Part shown: positions 25,693-34,152 of the stretch, in pieces
How the letters are laid out: each line of letters opens with the position of its first letter
Position numbering within the stretch: the first letter of the stretch is position 1
Assembly (NCBI GenBank): GCA_005889535.1
Contig: VBHC01000115.1
Coordinates: 1,221-65,220 of the forward strand
Length of the DNA: 64,000 nt
Direction of reading: 5' to 3'
Origin: Chloroflexota bacterium
Lineage (GTDB): Bacteria; Chloroflexota; Dormibacteria; CF-121
Notes under the pieces: model-generated
Databases searched by the model: none
Seen by the model: the letters and a program-made list of their open reading frames with translations, nothing else
What the model was told of the DNA's origin: nothing
Made by a program: the position numbers and the translations under genes

Positions 25693-27237
25693 TCAACGGC
25701 TGGCCTTACGTTTTCGATCGACGTAGTCGAGGAGCACGTAGTCGCCGAGCCGATCGGCGCTGGCGAAGAAGGCGCGGCCGCCGTTCATGCGCGTCATCTG
25801 CTTGACGAAGGACACCAGGTGGTAGTCGTTGTCGAGCATGAAGGTGTTGATGACGATGTGCTCCCGGGTGCAGCGCTGCACCTCGAGCAGCGTCTTGTGG
25901 AACGTCTCGGGTAGGGGCGGGTAGAAGAAGACGGCCTGCTGGCCTTCCATGTGCGCGGTCGGCTCGCCATCGGTGACGATGATGACTTGCTTGTTCCCGG
26001 TCTTGTGCCGATTGAGGAACTGGCGCGCCAGCATCAGGCCGTGCTGGATGTTGGTGCCGTAGATCGATTCGTTGTAGGTGAGCTCGGCCAGCTGATGAGG
26101 CCTGACCGGGCGCGCGTAGTCGCTGAAGGCGATCACCTGGAGAAAGTCGCGCGGGAACTGGCTGCGGATCAGCGCATCGAGGGCCAGCGCCACCTTCTTC
26201 GCCGCATAGAAGTAGCCGCGCAGCGGCATTGACCGGCTCATGTCGATCATCAGCACGGTCGCCGACTGGGCACTGAACTCCGACCGGTAGACCTCGAAGT
26301 CGTCGGTCTTGAGCTGGATCGGCCGCCGCGGGCCGTCGCGCCGCAGGGCGTTCATCAGCGTCTGCTCGACCTGCAGGTTGAAGGCGTCGCCGAACTCGTA
26401 GACCTTTGTCTCATCAGACCGCTCCGAGCCCAACCCCCGGACAGTGATCGGGTGGTCGCCGAAGCGGTCGCGTTTCAGCCGGGTGTAGAGATCCCGGAGC
26501 GCCTTCTGGCCGATCCGGCGCATCCCGCGTGGGGTGAGCTCCATCCCGCGGCGGCCGCGCTGCACGTACCCCTTCTTTTCCAGCTGCGATGCCAGTTCGC
26601 TCATCTGGTCGGCCGCCTGGCGCGCGTCGGGCCCCAACAACTGCTGGAGCTGCGCCGATTGTTCCGGGGTTAGCTGGCGCCCCTGGTATCCCTCGCGCAG
26701 GGCGGCCTCGAGGTCTTCAATGCCCTGTAAGCGCTCCATCAGCCCCATGGCTTCCTGCAGCGGTAGCGACTCCGAACCGTAGAAGGCATAACGACTGCCC
26801 AGTCCCGGGCGCGGCGACAGCAACTCCAGGTGCGCCGCCAGCTCCGCCATCTGGTCTTGCAGCTCGGGATCATTGAGCGTCGAGGCGAGCAGATCCTGCA
26901 TCTGCTGGCGCATTTCGGGCGAGAGCGACTGCATCAGCGACTCCATCTGCGCCATCTGCCGCTCCAGTTGTTGGACCAGCTCGTCGAGATTCTTGGGCGG
27001 GTTGGGGCCGAAGAAATGGCCGAAGCGCTGCATGAACTGCTCGAATTTCGGCGGTCTCCCCTCCAGCCGGTCGCGCAGCATCTGGTTGAGGGCCCGGAGC
27101 ATCTCCTTGATCTCGCTCAGATGCTCGGGCTTCAGCTGCTGCATGGTGCGCGTCATGTTCTTGAAGTAGGTCTGCGAGACCTGTTGCTTGAGCTCCTCCA
27201 ACAGCTGCTGGAAGGCCTGTGCGGCTCCTTCATCCAT
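25693..27237 (-). CDS. VWA-domain protein, C-terminal 514 aa part (coiled-coil region plus von Willebrand A domain); in frame with 27241..27684 across one TAG
   Basis: The VWA core reads VLMIDMSRSMPLRG...VIAFSDYA...GTNIQHGLMLAR...VIIVTDGEPTAH. Its ATG at 27237 lies one codon (TTC) after an in-frame TAG. Confidence 0.8.
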   Translation of the reverse strand: MDEGAAQAFQQLLEELKQQVSQTYFKNMTRTMQQLKPEHLSEIKEMLRALNQMLRDRLEGRPPKFEQFMQRFGHFFGPNPPKNLDELVQQLERQMAQMESLMQSLSPEMRQQMQDLLASTLNDPELQDQMAELAAHLELLSPRPGLGSRYAFYGSESLPLQEAMGLMERLQGIEDLEAALREGYQGRQLTPEQSAQLQQLLGPDARQAADQMSELASQLEKKGYVQRGRRGMELTPRGMRRIGQKALRDLYTRLKRDRFGDHPITVRGLGSERSDETKVYEFGDAFNLQVEQTLMNALRRDGPRRPIQLKTDDFEVYRSEFSAQSATVLMIDMSRSMPLRGYFYAAKKVALALDALIRSQFPRDFLQVIAFSDYARPVRPHQLAELTYNESIYGTNIQHGLMLARQFLNRHKTGNKQVIIVTDGEPTAHMEGQQAVFFYPPLPETFHKTLLEVQRCTREHIVINTFMLDNDYHLVSFVKQMTRMNGGRAFFASADRLGDYVLLDYVDRKRKASR

Positions 27238-27240
27238 GAA

Positions 27241-27684
27241 CTAGTAGTCGTTGAGCTTGCGCATCGTGCCGCCCACGTCCTCCGGCAGGCTATCGAGCTC
27301 CTGCAGCTTCTTCTTGGCGATCCGTTGCAACACCCGCCTGGCGCTGTCCGGCGCCTGGTCGAGCCGCTCGTTGATCCCCTGTCGCTCACGGCGAAGGATG
27401 TCGTTCAACCGCTCGCGGATGTTGCTGAAGACGTCGTTGAGGTTGTACCGCTTCAGCTGCTGAAGGCGTTTCTGGCGGAGGCGTTCCAGCATCTCCTCGA
27501 AGCCAGGCAGACGCCTGCCCTGCCGGTCGCGCCAGCCGCGACTCATCAACCGATGCAGGGCGTAGTCGAAGTCCCCGCCCTGGAAGAGGTCCTCGGCCAG
27601 GCGGTCGAACAGGTCCTCCGCGTCGCGGCCGAAGGGCTCCTGCGATCCGTCCCAGCGCTCGTACCGGTTTGATCGCGCGATCAT
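27241..27684 (-). CDS. N-terminal 147 aa part of the same VWA-family protein (split by in-frame TAG at 27241-27243)
   Basis: MIARSNRYERWDGSQEPFGRDAEDLFDRLAEDLFQGGDFDYALHRLMSRGW... Its ATG abuts the AAA+ gene stop (TGAATG). Confidence 0.7.
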   Translation of the reverse strand: MIARSNRYERWDGSQEPFGRDAEDLFDRLAEDLFQGGDFDYALHRLMSRGWRDRQGRRLPGFEEMLERLRQKRLQQLKRYNLNDVFSNIRERLNDILRRERQGINERLDQAPDSARRVLQRIAKKKLQELDSLPEDVGGTMRKLNDY

Positions 27685-29079
27685 TCAGCCGGCGTAGATC
27701 GCCGCCCCATCGAGCTCGGTCTTGTTGATCCGCTTGCTCAGGTGGAGGCCTTCCAGCACGAACTCGACGCCCGAAGCGGCCAGCGCCGGACGTTTCTCCA
27801 GTCCCAGGCTTTTCAACGCTTTGTCCATTCCGGGCAGCTCGCGCAGGATGGCGGCATAGCGGTCGGCCGGCTGGCCTTCAGAAACCTCGAAGGTCAATCC
27901 CCCGTCGAAACGCTGGACGAGCTCGTTGAACTGGCTGATCTCGAAGTGCCGCCGAAAGACGTTCAGTACCGCGGTTTTGATGATCTTCTCCAGCACCGTC
28001 TGGTCGTCACCTTCTTCCCAGGTTTCCATCTCCAACTTTCCGGCGCTGGATGGGATGATGGAGGGCAGGTCGGTGATGCGGGGGACCGCTTCGGTTTCGC
28101 CGGTGCGCAGGGCGCGCCGCGAGGCGTTGGAGGCGAGATTCTCGTAGTTCGTGATCGAGATCCGGACGCTGACGCCAGACCGCTGGTTGATTTTCGGGCT
28201 GCGGCGGGCCAGCTGCGTCACCTCGGCGACGATCTCTTTCATGAAGTCGGGCATCACCACCGACAGCTCGTGGTCCTGGAAATCGGTGCGCTCCTGCTCC
28301 ACGATCCGGATTTCATCGTCGACGTTTCGCGGATAGTGGGTGCGGATCTGCGCCCCGAAGCGGTCCTTGAGGGGCGTGATGATGCGCCCGCGGTTCGTGT
28401 AATCCTCCGGATTCGCGCTCGCGACCACGTAGACGTCGATCGGCAGGCGAAGCTTGAAGCCGCGAATCTGGACGTCCCGCTCCTCGATGAGATTCAGCAG
28501 GCCCACCTGGATCCGTTCCGCGAGATCGGGGAGCTCGTTGATGGCGAAGATGCCGCGGTTGGTGCGCGGCACCAGGCCGTAATGGATGGTCAGCTCGTCC
28601 GCCAGATACTTGCCCTCGGCGACCCGGATCGGGTCGACCTCGCCAATCAAGTCGGCGATCGAGGTGTCGGGGGTGGCCAGCTTCTCGCTGTAGCGCTCCT
28701 CCGGCGTGATCCAGCGCACATTGACCCGGTCCCCCTGGGCCGCCACGCGGTCGCGGCAGGCGCGGCAGATCGGCGCATACGGATTGTCGTTGATCTCGCA
28801 ACCGTCGATCACCGGGACCTCCGCGTCCAGCAGGCTCACCAGCGATCGGATCAGCCGGCTCTTGGCCTGGCCGCGCTCGCCCAGGAAGACGAGGTCCTGG
28901 CCCGACAGCACGGCGTTCTCGATCTGGGGAATGACGGATCCGTCGAAGCCGATGATGCCGGGGAAGAGCTCCTCCGCCGCCTTGATCTTGCGGATCAGGT
29001 TCTTGCGCATCTCTTGCTTGACGGGAAGGACACGGTACTCACTCTGTCGGAGTTGGGCGAGGGTGGTGGGTTGCTCCAA
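27685..29079 (-). CDS. ChlI/BchI-like (Mg-chelatase-type) AAA+ ATPase
   Basis: 464 aa. Walker A is FLGERGQAKS. The Walker-B region reads GIFAINELPDL (Asn-Glu, not Asp-Glu). Also present are a Cys-rich insert (CEINDNPYAPICRACRDR) and ASANPEDY...TPLKDRF. Confidence 0.8.
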   Translation of the reverse strand: MEQPTTLAQLRQSEYRVLPVKQEMRKNLIRKIKAAEELFPGIIGFDGSVIPQIENAVLSGQDLVFLGERGQAKSRLIRSLVSLLDAEVPVIDGCEINDNPYAPICRACRDRVAAQGDRVNVRWITPEERYSEKLATPDTSIADLIGEVDPIRVAEGKYLADELTIHYGLVPRTNRGIFAINELPDLAERIQVGLLNLIEERDVQIRGFKLRLPIDVYVVASANPEDYTNRGRIITPLKDRFGAQIRTHYPRNVDDEIRIVEQERTDFQDHELSVVMPDFMKEIVAEVTQLARRSPKINQRSGVSVRISITNYENLASNASRRALRTGETEAVPRITDLPSIIPSSAGKLEMETWEEGDDQTVLEKIIKTAVLNVFRRHFEISQFNELVQRFDGGLTFEVSEGQPADRYAAILRELPGMDKALKSLGLEKRPALAASGVEFVLEGLHLSKRINKTELDGAAIYAG

Positions 29080-29118
29080 TGGATACCTCTTGTGGAATGT
29101 GGTGACGCCGTTCCGATT

Positions 29119-30246
29119 CTACGGGGCGGCCCGACGTTCAGCCGATTTCAAATCCGCTTCGCCCAATTGGCCGTCGATGGCCGGCGCGAGCTCGGGCAGC
29201 CGAACCGCCAGCGCTCGCAGCAGACCAAAGCAGCCGGTCAGCATCATGTCGCCGTGCGGAACGGCGAGGTGCGGTCGAAGACGCGAGTTATCGAGCAGAC
29301 CGCGGCGGGGTCCGGTCAGCGCGAGCGGTGCGGCTGGCCCCGCGGTCGGCCCCAGCTCGAGCGCACCGTGGCCCATGTCATCGAAGACCTGCTGGTTGGA
29401 GAGGCTGCCCGCCGCGAGCGCGTCGAGGTAGGCCTCCAGCTTTTCCCGACTCAGCTCGCCAGTGTGATGCTCGAAGAGGCCGGCGATCCGCCGTCCCTCC
29501 AGGAGCGCGGCAATCGTGTGAAAGTTGCCGAGGTTCGCGACCATCACTTGGTTCAGCTCTCCGACCCGGGGATCGTCGAGCGCGCCCAGGATCGCCGCCG
29601 GTCCGGTATCCATCAAGAAGAGTGGATCGGATCCGGTCCAGGTCCGGGCGACCGCATGCATCCGCGTCATTCGCGCGGGGATCTCCGCGGCGAGAAAGCC
29701 GAAACCCGTAAGCCCGGTGCCGCGCTCAACCTGTTCACGCAAATAGTCGAACCGAAAGCGCCGGTCGCTGACGCCCGGCGGCGCGGCGCCATGGTCGAAC
29801 ACGGCCACCGCCACCGCATCGAAGGTCGTGCTGACGTGAAAGCTCCGGAGCGCGTCCATCAGCTCGGAGAAGTAGAAGTCGCGCATCTCCAGCCGCCGCG
29901 CGCCGGCAGTCCTGTTAGGCCCGTCGACAACTCGCACACCCATCGCTTCCACCCGGGTCAGGTCGTCATCGAAGGTTCGCGCGGCGTCCGGAGTCGCAGA
30001 GACCTTGAGCCCCTTCCGCAGGTGCGCCTCGACCGCCCAGTGATCCGGTCCGCCGCCCATCGTCACGCCGGTGAGGAACAGGTCCGCTCCGTCGGCGGTC
30101 GCTTGCGCGACCTGTTCGGCCAGCAGCGCGGTCGGCGACGGCATGATCAACTGAACCGCGTTTTCGATCAGCGTGCCGGCCTCGAACACCAGGATGTCCT
30201 GGGTGCCGGTGCCAACGTCGATCGTCAGGACACGAGGGTGGGCCAC
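29119..30246 (-). CDS. ASKHA-fold (actin/sugar-kinase-like) protein, DUF1786-like
   Basis: 375 aa. VLTIDVGTGTQDILVFE is a phosphate-1-type motif, with later LFLMDTGPAA and VANLGNFHT. The DUF1786 assignment is from memory of the family pattern and is not verified. Confidence 0.6.
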   Translation of the reverse strand: MAHPRVLTIDVGTGTQDILVFEAGTLIENAVQLIMPSPTALLAEQVAQATADGADLFLTGVTMGGGPDHWAVEAHLRKGLKVSATPDAARTFDDDLTRVEAMGVRVVDGPNRTAGARRLEMRDFYFSELMDALRSFHVSTTFDAVAVAVFDHGAAPPGVSDRRFRFDYLREQVERGTGLTGFGFLAAEIPARMTRMHAVARTWTGSDPLFLMDTGPAAILGALDDPRVGELNQVMVANLGNFHTIAALLEGRRIAGLFEHHTGELSREKLEAYLDALAAGSLSNQQVFDDMGHGALELGPTAGPAAPLALTGPRRGLLDNSRLRPHLAVPHGDMMLTGCFGLLRALAVRLPELAPAIDGQLGEADLKSAERRAAP

Positions 30247-30317
30247 CGTGAACTAGCGTACTGCCGGCATGGCGGTCGGCCCGGCAAGGCCGGTCGCCCG
30301 CGGGCGTTGCGCTGTCG

Positions 30318-32204
30318 ATGGTCGCCCGCCTCCAGTCCCCTCCTTCTCCACCCTTCCCAGTACGGATGGAGGGAGGTTTCGTCTCCTTGCCGGCGAGAGT
30401 TGCCCTGGCGGTCGGCGCCCTCGCCGGTTATGTCGCACTGGCCGGCCTGCTGTTCGCCGGAGCCTGGACGCATCCGTTTACCCGGGTGATTGGCGATGGC
30501 GGCGACTCGATCAACTTTGCCTGGTTTCTTGGCTGGTCGCACTTCGCCCTCACCCATCACCTGAGCCCGCTGCTGAGCAGCTACATCGATCTGCCGGCGG
30601 GGGCGAACCTGACCTGGAGCACCGACATCCCGCTGCCGGCTGCCATGCTGTCGCCGCTGACCGGCCTGTTGGGGCCGGTCTTTACCTACAACCTGCTGGT
30701 CACGCTCGGAGTCGGCGCCTCGGCCTGGACGGCCTTCATGGCGATCCGCCGCTATGCGCGCCGGCTGCCCGCCGCGGCTGCCGGGGGATTGCTATACGGA
30801 TTCTCGCCGACCATGATGGCCCACGCCCTCGGCCACCCCCATGTGGTCGTCGCCCCGATTCCGCCACTCATCCTCATTGCCCTCGACGATCTGCTCATCC
30901 GTCACCGGCAGCCACGCTGGCTGATGGGGACGGCGCTCGGCGTGCTGGCCGCCGCGCAGCTGGTCACCGGCGAGGAAGTGCTGGCCAGCACCGCCCTGCT
31001 CGCCCTCATCGGGCTGGGACTGCTGGCCGCGATGCACCGCCGGGACCGCACCGCCCTCTGGGAGGCTACCCGACACGTCGTACCCGCCCTCGCCCTGGCC
31101 GCCGCCATCTTCCTGGCGCTCGGCGCGTACCCGCTGTGGACCCAGTTCCTCGGTCCGCAGCGACCCGATCGAGTCCTCGAGCCGCGCAACGAATACGTCA
31201 GCGACCTCTTCAGTTTCCTGGCCCCCACCCGGATCCAGTGGCTCGCACCGTCCTGGCTTGTCGGTTGGACTCAGCGGTTTCACGGCAATCTCGGGGAATG
31301 GGGGAGTTACCTGGGCGCGCCGCTGATCGCGTTACTGGCCTGGACGGCGTACCGTAACTGGCGCTCCGAAACCGTCCGGCTGGTGACCTGCCTTCTTCTC
31401 GTGTGTGCCGCGCTCTCGCTCGGCTTCACGCTCCACATCGCCGGTCGCACCACGCTGGTGCCGGCGGCGCTCCTGGCCCTGCTGCTGATTCCCCTTCGGC
31501 GCACGATTCCCGCGGGCTTCTTGCTGGCGACCGCCGGCCTCGGCTCGCTCGCGCTCCTCTTGATGCCGGTTATCGACAACATTCTGCCCGCCCGCCTGAT
31601 GCTGCAGGGGTTCCTGTTCGCCGCCATCCTGGTCGCGGTCTTCGTCGACAGTGTCCTCGACCATCGCGCGCCGCGGACGGTGTCGCTGGCGCTGTCCGCG
31701 CTGGCGATCCTCGCCCTCATCCCGGTGCTGCCCTATCCGAGCACGGCGCCGCCGCTGCCGGCGTATTTCACCGGCGCCGTCAAGCAGCTGCCCGAGGGGA
31801 GCGTCGCCCTGGTCGCCCCCTACGCCCGCGCCAGTCACGGCGAGGCCATGCTCTGGCAGGCGCTCTCCGGAATGTGGTTTCGGATGCCCGAGGGCTACAT
31901 GTTCGTGCCGCACCCGGCCGTGAACTCGGCTGATCCACCCGCGTCGGCGACCCAGACGACGCTGGCGGCGCTGGAGCAAGGCGATCGACTGAACCTTGAT
32001 GCCGCAGGGCGCCAGGCTCTCCTCGCCGATCTCGACCGCTGGCACGTCGCGGCCGTCATTGTCGGTCCGATGAGCCACCGGGATGCGGTGATCGCGCTCT
32101 ACACCGGCCTGCTCGGCCAGCCACCCGAATTGACCGGCGGCGTCGCCCTCTGGCACCGCCAGGCCGAAGCAAGCTCGGATCTCGGATTCCGTTCATCCCC
32201 GTAG
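30318..32204 (+). CDS. Large polytopic membrane protein, putative GT-C-type glycosyltransferase
   Basis: 628 aa ORF (possible start at ATG 30366). It has more than 10 hydrophobic helices, then a C-terminal soluble ~170 aa region. It lies directly upstream (3-nt gap) of a polyprenyl-phosphate GT2-type gene. Confidence 0.65.
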   Translation: MVARLQSPPSPPFPVRMEGGFVSLPARVALAVGALAGYVALAGLLFAGAWTHPFTRVIGDGGDSINFAWFLGWSHFALTHHLSPLLSSYIDLPAGANLTWSTDIPLPAAMLSPLTGLLGPVFTYNLLVTLGVGASAWTAFMAIRRYARRLPAAAAGGLLYGFSPTMMAHALGHPHVVVAPIPPLILIALDDLLIRHRQPRWLMGTALGVLAAAQLVTGEEVLASTALLALIGLGLLAAMHRRDRTALWEATRHVVPALALAAAIFLALGAYPLWTQFLGPQRPDRVLEPRNEYVSDLFSFLAPTRIQWLAPSWLVGWTQRFHGNLGEWGSYLGAPLIALLAWTAYRNWRSETVRLVTCLLLVCAALSLGFTLHIAGRTTLVPAALLALLLIPLRRTIPAGFLLATAGLGSLALLLMPVIDNILPARLMLQGFLFAAILVAVFVDSVLDHRAPRTVSLALSALAILALIPVLPYPSTAPPLPAYFTGAVKQLPEGSVALVAPYARASHGEAMLWQALSGMWFRMPEGYMFVPHPAVNSADPPASATQTTLAALEQGDRLNLDAAGRQALLADLDRWHVAAVIVGPMSHRDAVIALYTGLLGQPPELTGGVALWHRQAEASSDLGFRSSP

Positions 32205-32207
32205 TCG

Positions 32208-33704
32208 ATGCACAGCCTCGAGGGCCTGGTCTGCCCCAAATGCCACGAGCCGCTGACGACCAATGAGGCTGGACGCGAGCTGCGCTGTGCCCGCCACGGA
32301 AGCCGCTATCCGCTGATCGATGGCATCCCCTCATTCATGACCAGCGGCGGCGATGCTGTCGCCTTACCCGGCTGCGCGCTCAGCCTCGTGATCCCGGCCC
32401 TGAACGAAGCCACGAACCTTGAACGGATCCTGCCGGTGCTCGGAAGCGCGCTCGCGGCTCTGGGGCCGACCCACGAGATCATCGTGGTCGACGGCGGCTC
32501 GACCGACGGCACCCAGGAGGTCGTCCGCAAGCACGACGCGCGGCTGGTCAGCCAGAAGCTGCCCGGTTTCGGCGGCGCATACCGGGCCGGCTTCGAGCAG
32601 GCGCGCGGTGAGTACGTGCTGACCCTCGATGCGGACGGGTCGCATGACCCGGCATTCCTTGGCGACCTCTGGGCGGCCCGACTCCAGGGCGACGTGGTGA
32701 TCGCCTCGCGCTATGTGCCCGGGGGCACGGCGGACATGCCCGCGTGGCGGCGGCTGCTGAGCCGCATCCTGAACATCACGTTTCGGCGCGGGCTCTCCCT
32801 GCCGGTCAACGATCTCTCGAGTGGGTTCCGGCTCTACCGCCGGACCGTCTTGCGCGAGCTCAAGCTCACCGCCACCGACTTCGACGTTCTGGAGGAAATC
32901 CTGATTCGCGCGCTTGCTGCCGGGTACCGGGTGGTCGAGGTGCCATTCCGCTACCGGGCCCGAGTTGCCGGTCGCAGTCATGCCCGGCTCGTCAAGTTCG
33001 CTCTCTCCTATCTGCGGACCTTCACGGCGATGTGGCGACTGCGCAACTCGATTGCCTCGTCGGACTACGATGCGCGCGCCTACGACAGCATCATCCCGCT
33101 GCAGCGCTACTGGCAACGCCGCCGCTACGCCACCATCACCCGGCTGGCGGCCGGCTTCACGCGCGTGCTCGATGTCGGTTGCGGTTCGAGCCGGATCCTG
33201 CCCGCGGTACCGGGCATGGTGGGGCTCGACATCCAGCTGCACAAGCTGCGCTATGCGCGCCGCTACGGCAATCCGCTGGTCCATGGCTCGATCTTTGAGC
33301 TGCCCTTCGTCGACGGCGCCTTCGACTGTGTCGTCTGCTCGGAAGTGATCGAGCACATCCCGGCCCAGGAAAAACCCTTCGATGAGCTGACCCGGGTGCT
33401 GAAAACCGGCGGCCGGCTGATCCTCGGAACGCCCGACTACGACCGCTGGCGTTGGCGCGCGCTCGAGTGGCTCTATGGCCGGCTGTCGCCCGGTGGCTAC
33501 GCCGACGAGCACATCACCCGCTACGGGCGCGCAAACCTGTCCGCCTATCTACGGGGCAAGGGCTATGCGATCGAGAGCATCGAGTACGTCGGGGGGTCGG
33601 AAATGATCTTCAGCCTGCGCAAGCTCGCGCCGATGGTCTCGCCGGTTGCCGTCCGCTCCGTGCGGACCGCGCTGCGCGGCGAACGGTCGGTGCACGCCGC
33701 CTGA
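32208..33704 (+). CDS. Tri-domain fusion: Trm112-like zinc ribbon + GT2 (polyprenyl-phosphate glycosyltransferase-like) + class I SAM methyltransferase
   Basis: Zinc ribbon: CPKCHEPL...LRCARHGSRYPLIDGIPSFM. GT2: LSLVIPALNEATNL...IIVVDGGSTDGT...LTLDADGSHDP...SGFRLYRR. Methyltransferase: VLDVGCGSSRI...FDCVVCSEVIEHI...LKTGGRLILGTP. Confidence 0.8.
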   Translation: MHSLEGLVCPKCHEPLTTNEAGRELRCARHGSRYPLIDGIPSFMTSGGDAVALPGCALSLVIPALNEATNLERILPVLGSALAALGPTHEIIVVDGGSTDGTQEVVRKHDARLVSQKLPGFGGAYRAGFEQARGEYVLTLDADGSHDPAFLGDLWAARLQGDVVIASRYVPGGTADMPAWRRLLSRILNITFRRGLSLPVNDLSSGFRLYRRTVLRELKLTATDFDVLEEILIRALAAGYRVVEVPFRYRARVAGRSHARLVKFALSYLRTFTAMWRLRNSIASSDYDARAYDSIIPLQRYWQRRRYATITRLAAGFTRVLDVGCGSSRILPAVPGMVGLDIQLHKLRYARRYGNPLVHGSIFELPFVDGAFDCVVCSEVIEHIPAQEKPFDELTRVLKTGGRLILGTPDYDRWRWRALEWLYGRLSPGGYADEHITRYGRANLSAYLRGKGYAIESIEYVGGSEMIFSLRKLAPMVSPVAVRSVRTALRGERSVHAA

Positions 33705-33705
33705 G

Positions 33706-34152
33706 TCACGGCTGCTCGAGATGGGCCTCGAACAGATGAAGGATCTCCTGGGGGCTGGCGGTCATCTGGTCGACGAAATAGCCGCCGTCAAAATCGAGTC
33801 CCTTGGCCCGCAGAAACCCGGCACCGGGATGGCGCTTCATGACGGCCACGCCCGGTTTCAATCGGTACGCGAGCACGGTTCGACCGCCGGCTTTGACCAG
33901 CCCGACCGCGGCGATCTCGTCCCAGGGAAGCAGCGGGCTCTTGCCGGAGCGACGGAAGATCACACCCTCGTCCATGAACTCGAACCGCGGGCGTACCGGT
34001 CCGCGCATGGCGAGGAAACCGATCGCCGGAGCCAGCACGGCGGCCCAGCCGATGCCCCGGCCGGCGAGAAGGAGAAGGACGCCGCCAGCCTCCGTGATCG
34101 AGGCCAACGGCAGGAAGAGCACCCAGGGGAAGCGCGCGTTGACGACGGTCAC
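33706..34152 (-). CDS. Hypothetical membrane protein (2 TM plus PH-like soluble domain?)
   Basis: A GTG at 34152 overlaps the upstream stop (GTGA). The sequence VTVVNARFPWVLFLPLASITEAGGVLLLLAG... is followed by a soluble ~90 aa region. The domain call is tentative. Confidence 0.5.
   Translation of the reverse strand: MTVVNARFPWVLFLPLASITEAGGVLLLLAGRGIGWAAVLAPAIGFLAMRGPVRPRFEFMDEGVIFRRSGKSPLLPWDEIAAVGLVKAGGRTVLAYRLKPGVAVMKRHPGAGFLRAKGLDFDGGYFVDQMTASPQEILHLFEAHLEQP

Noticed and set aside
27241-27243. Possibility that the in-frame TAG in the VWA gene encodes pyrrolysine or reflects a reassigned stop codon
   Set aside because: TAG terminates at least seven other well-supported genes in this window. 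No pyl genes or PYLIS-like context are visible. A nonsense mutation, gene split or base error is far more likely.
27742-30489. 915-aa plus-strand ORF, the longest in the window
   Set aside because: It is antisense to the AAA+ ATPase and DUF1786-like genes, which have clear family motifs. Its translation is Arg/Gly/Asp/His-rich with no recognisable motif. This is a typical shadow ORF of high-GC DNA, where antisense stop codons are rare.
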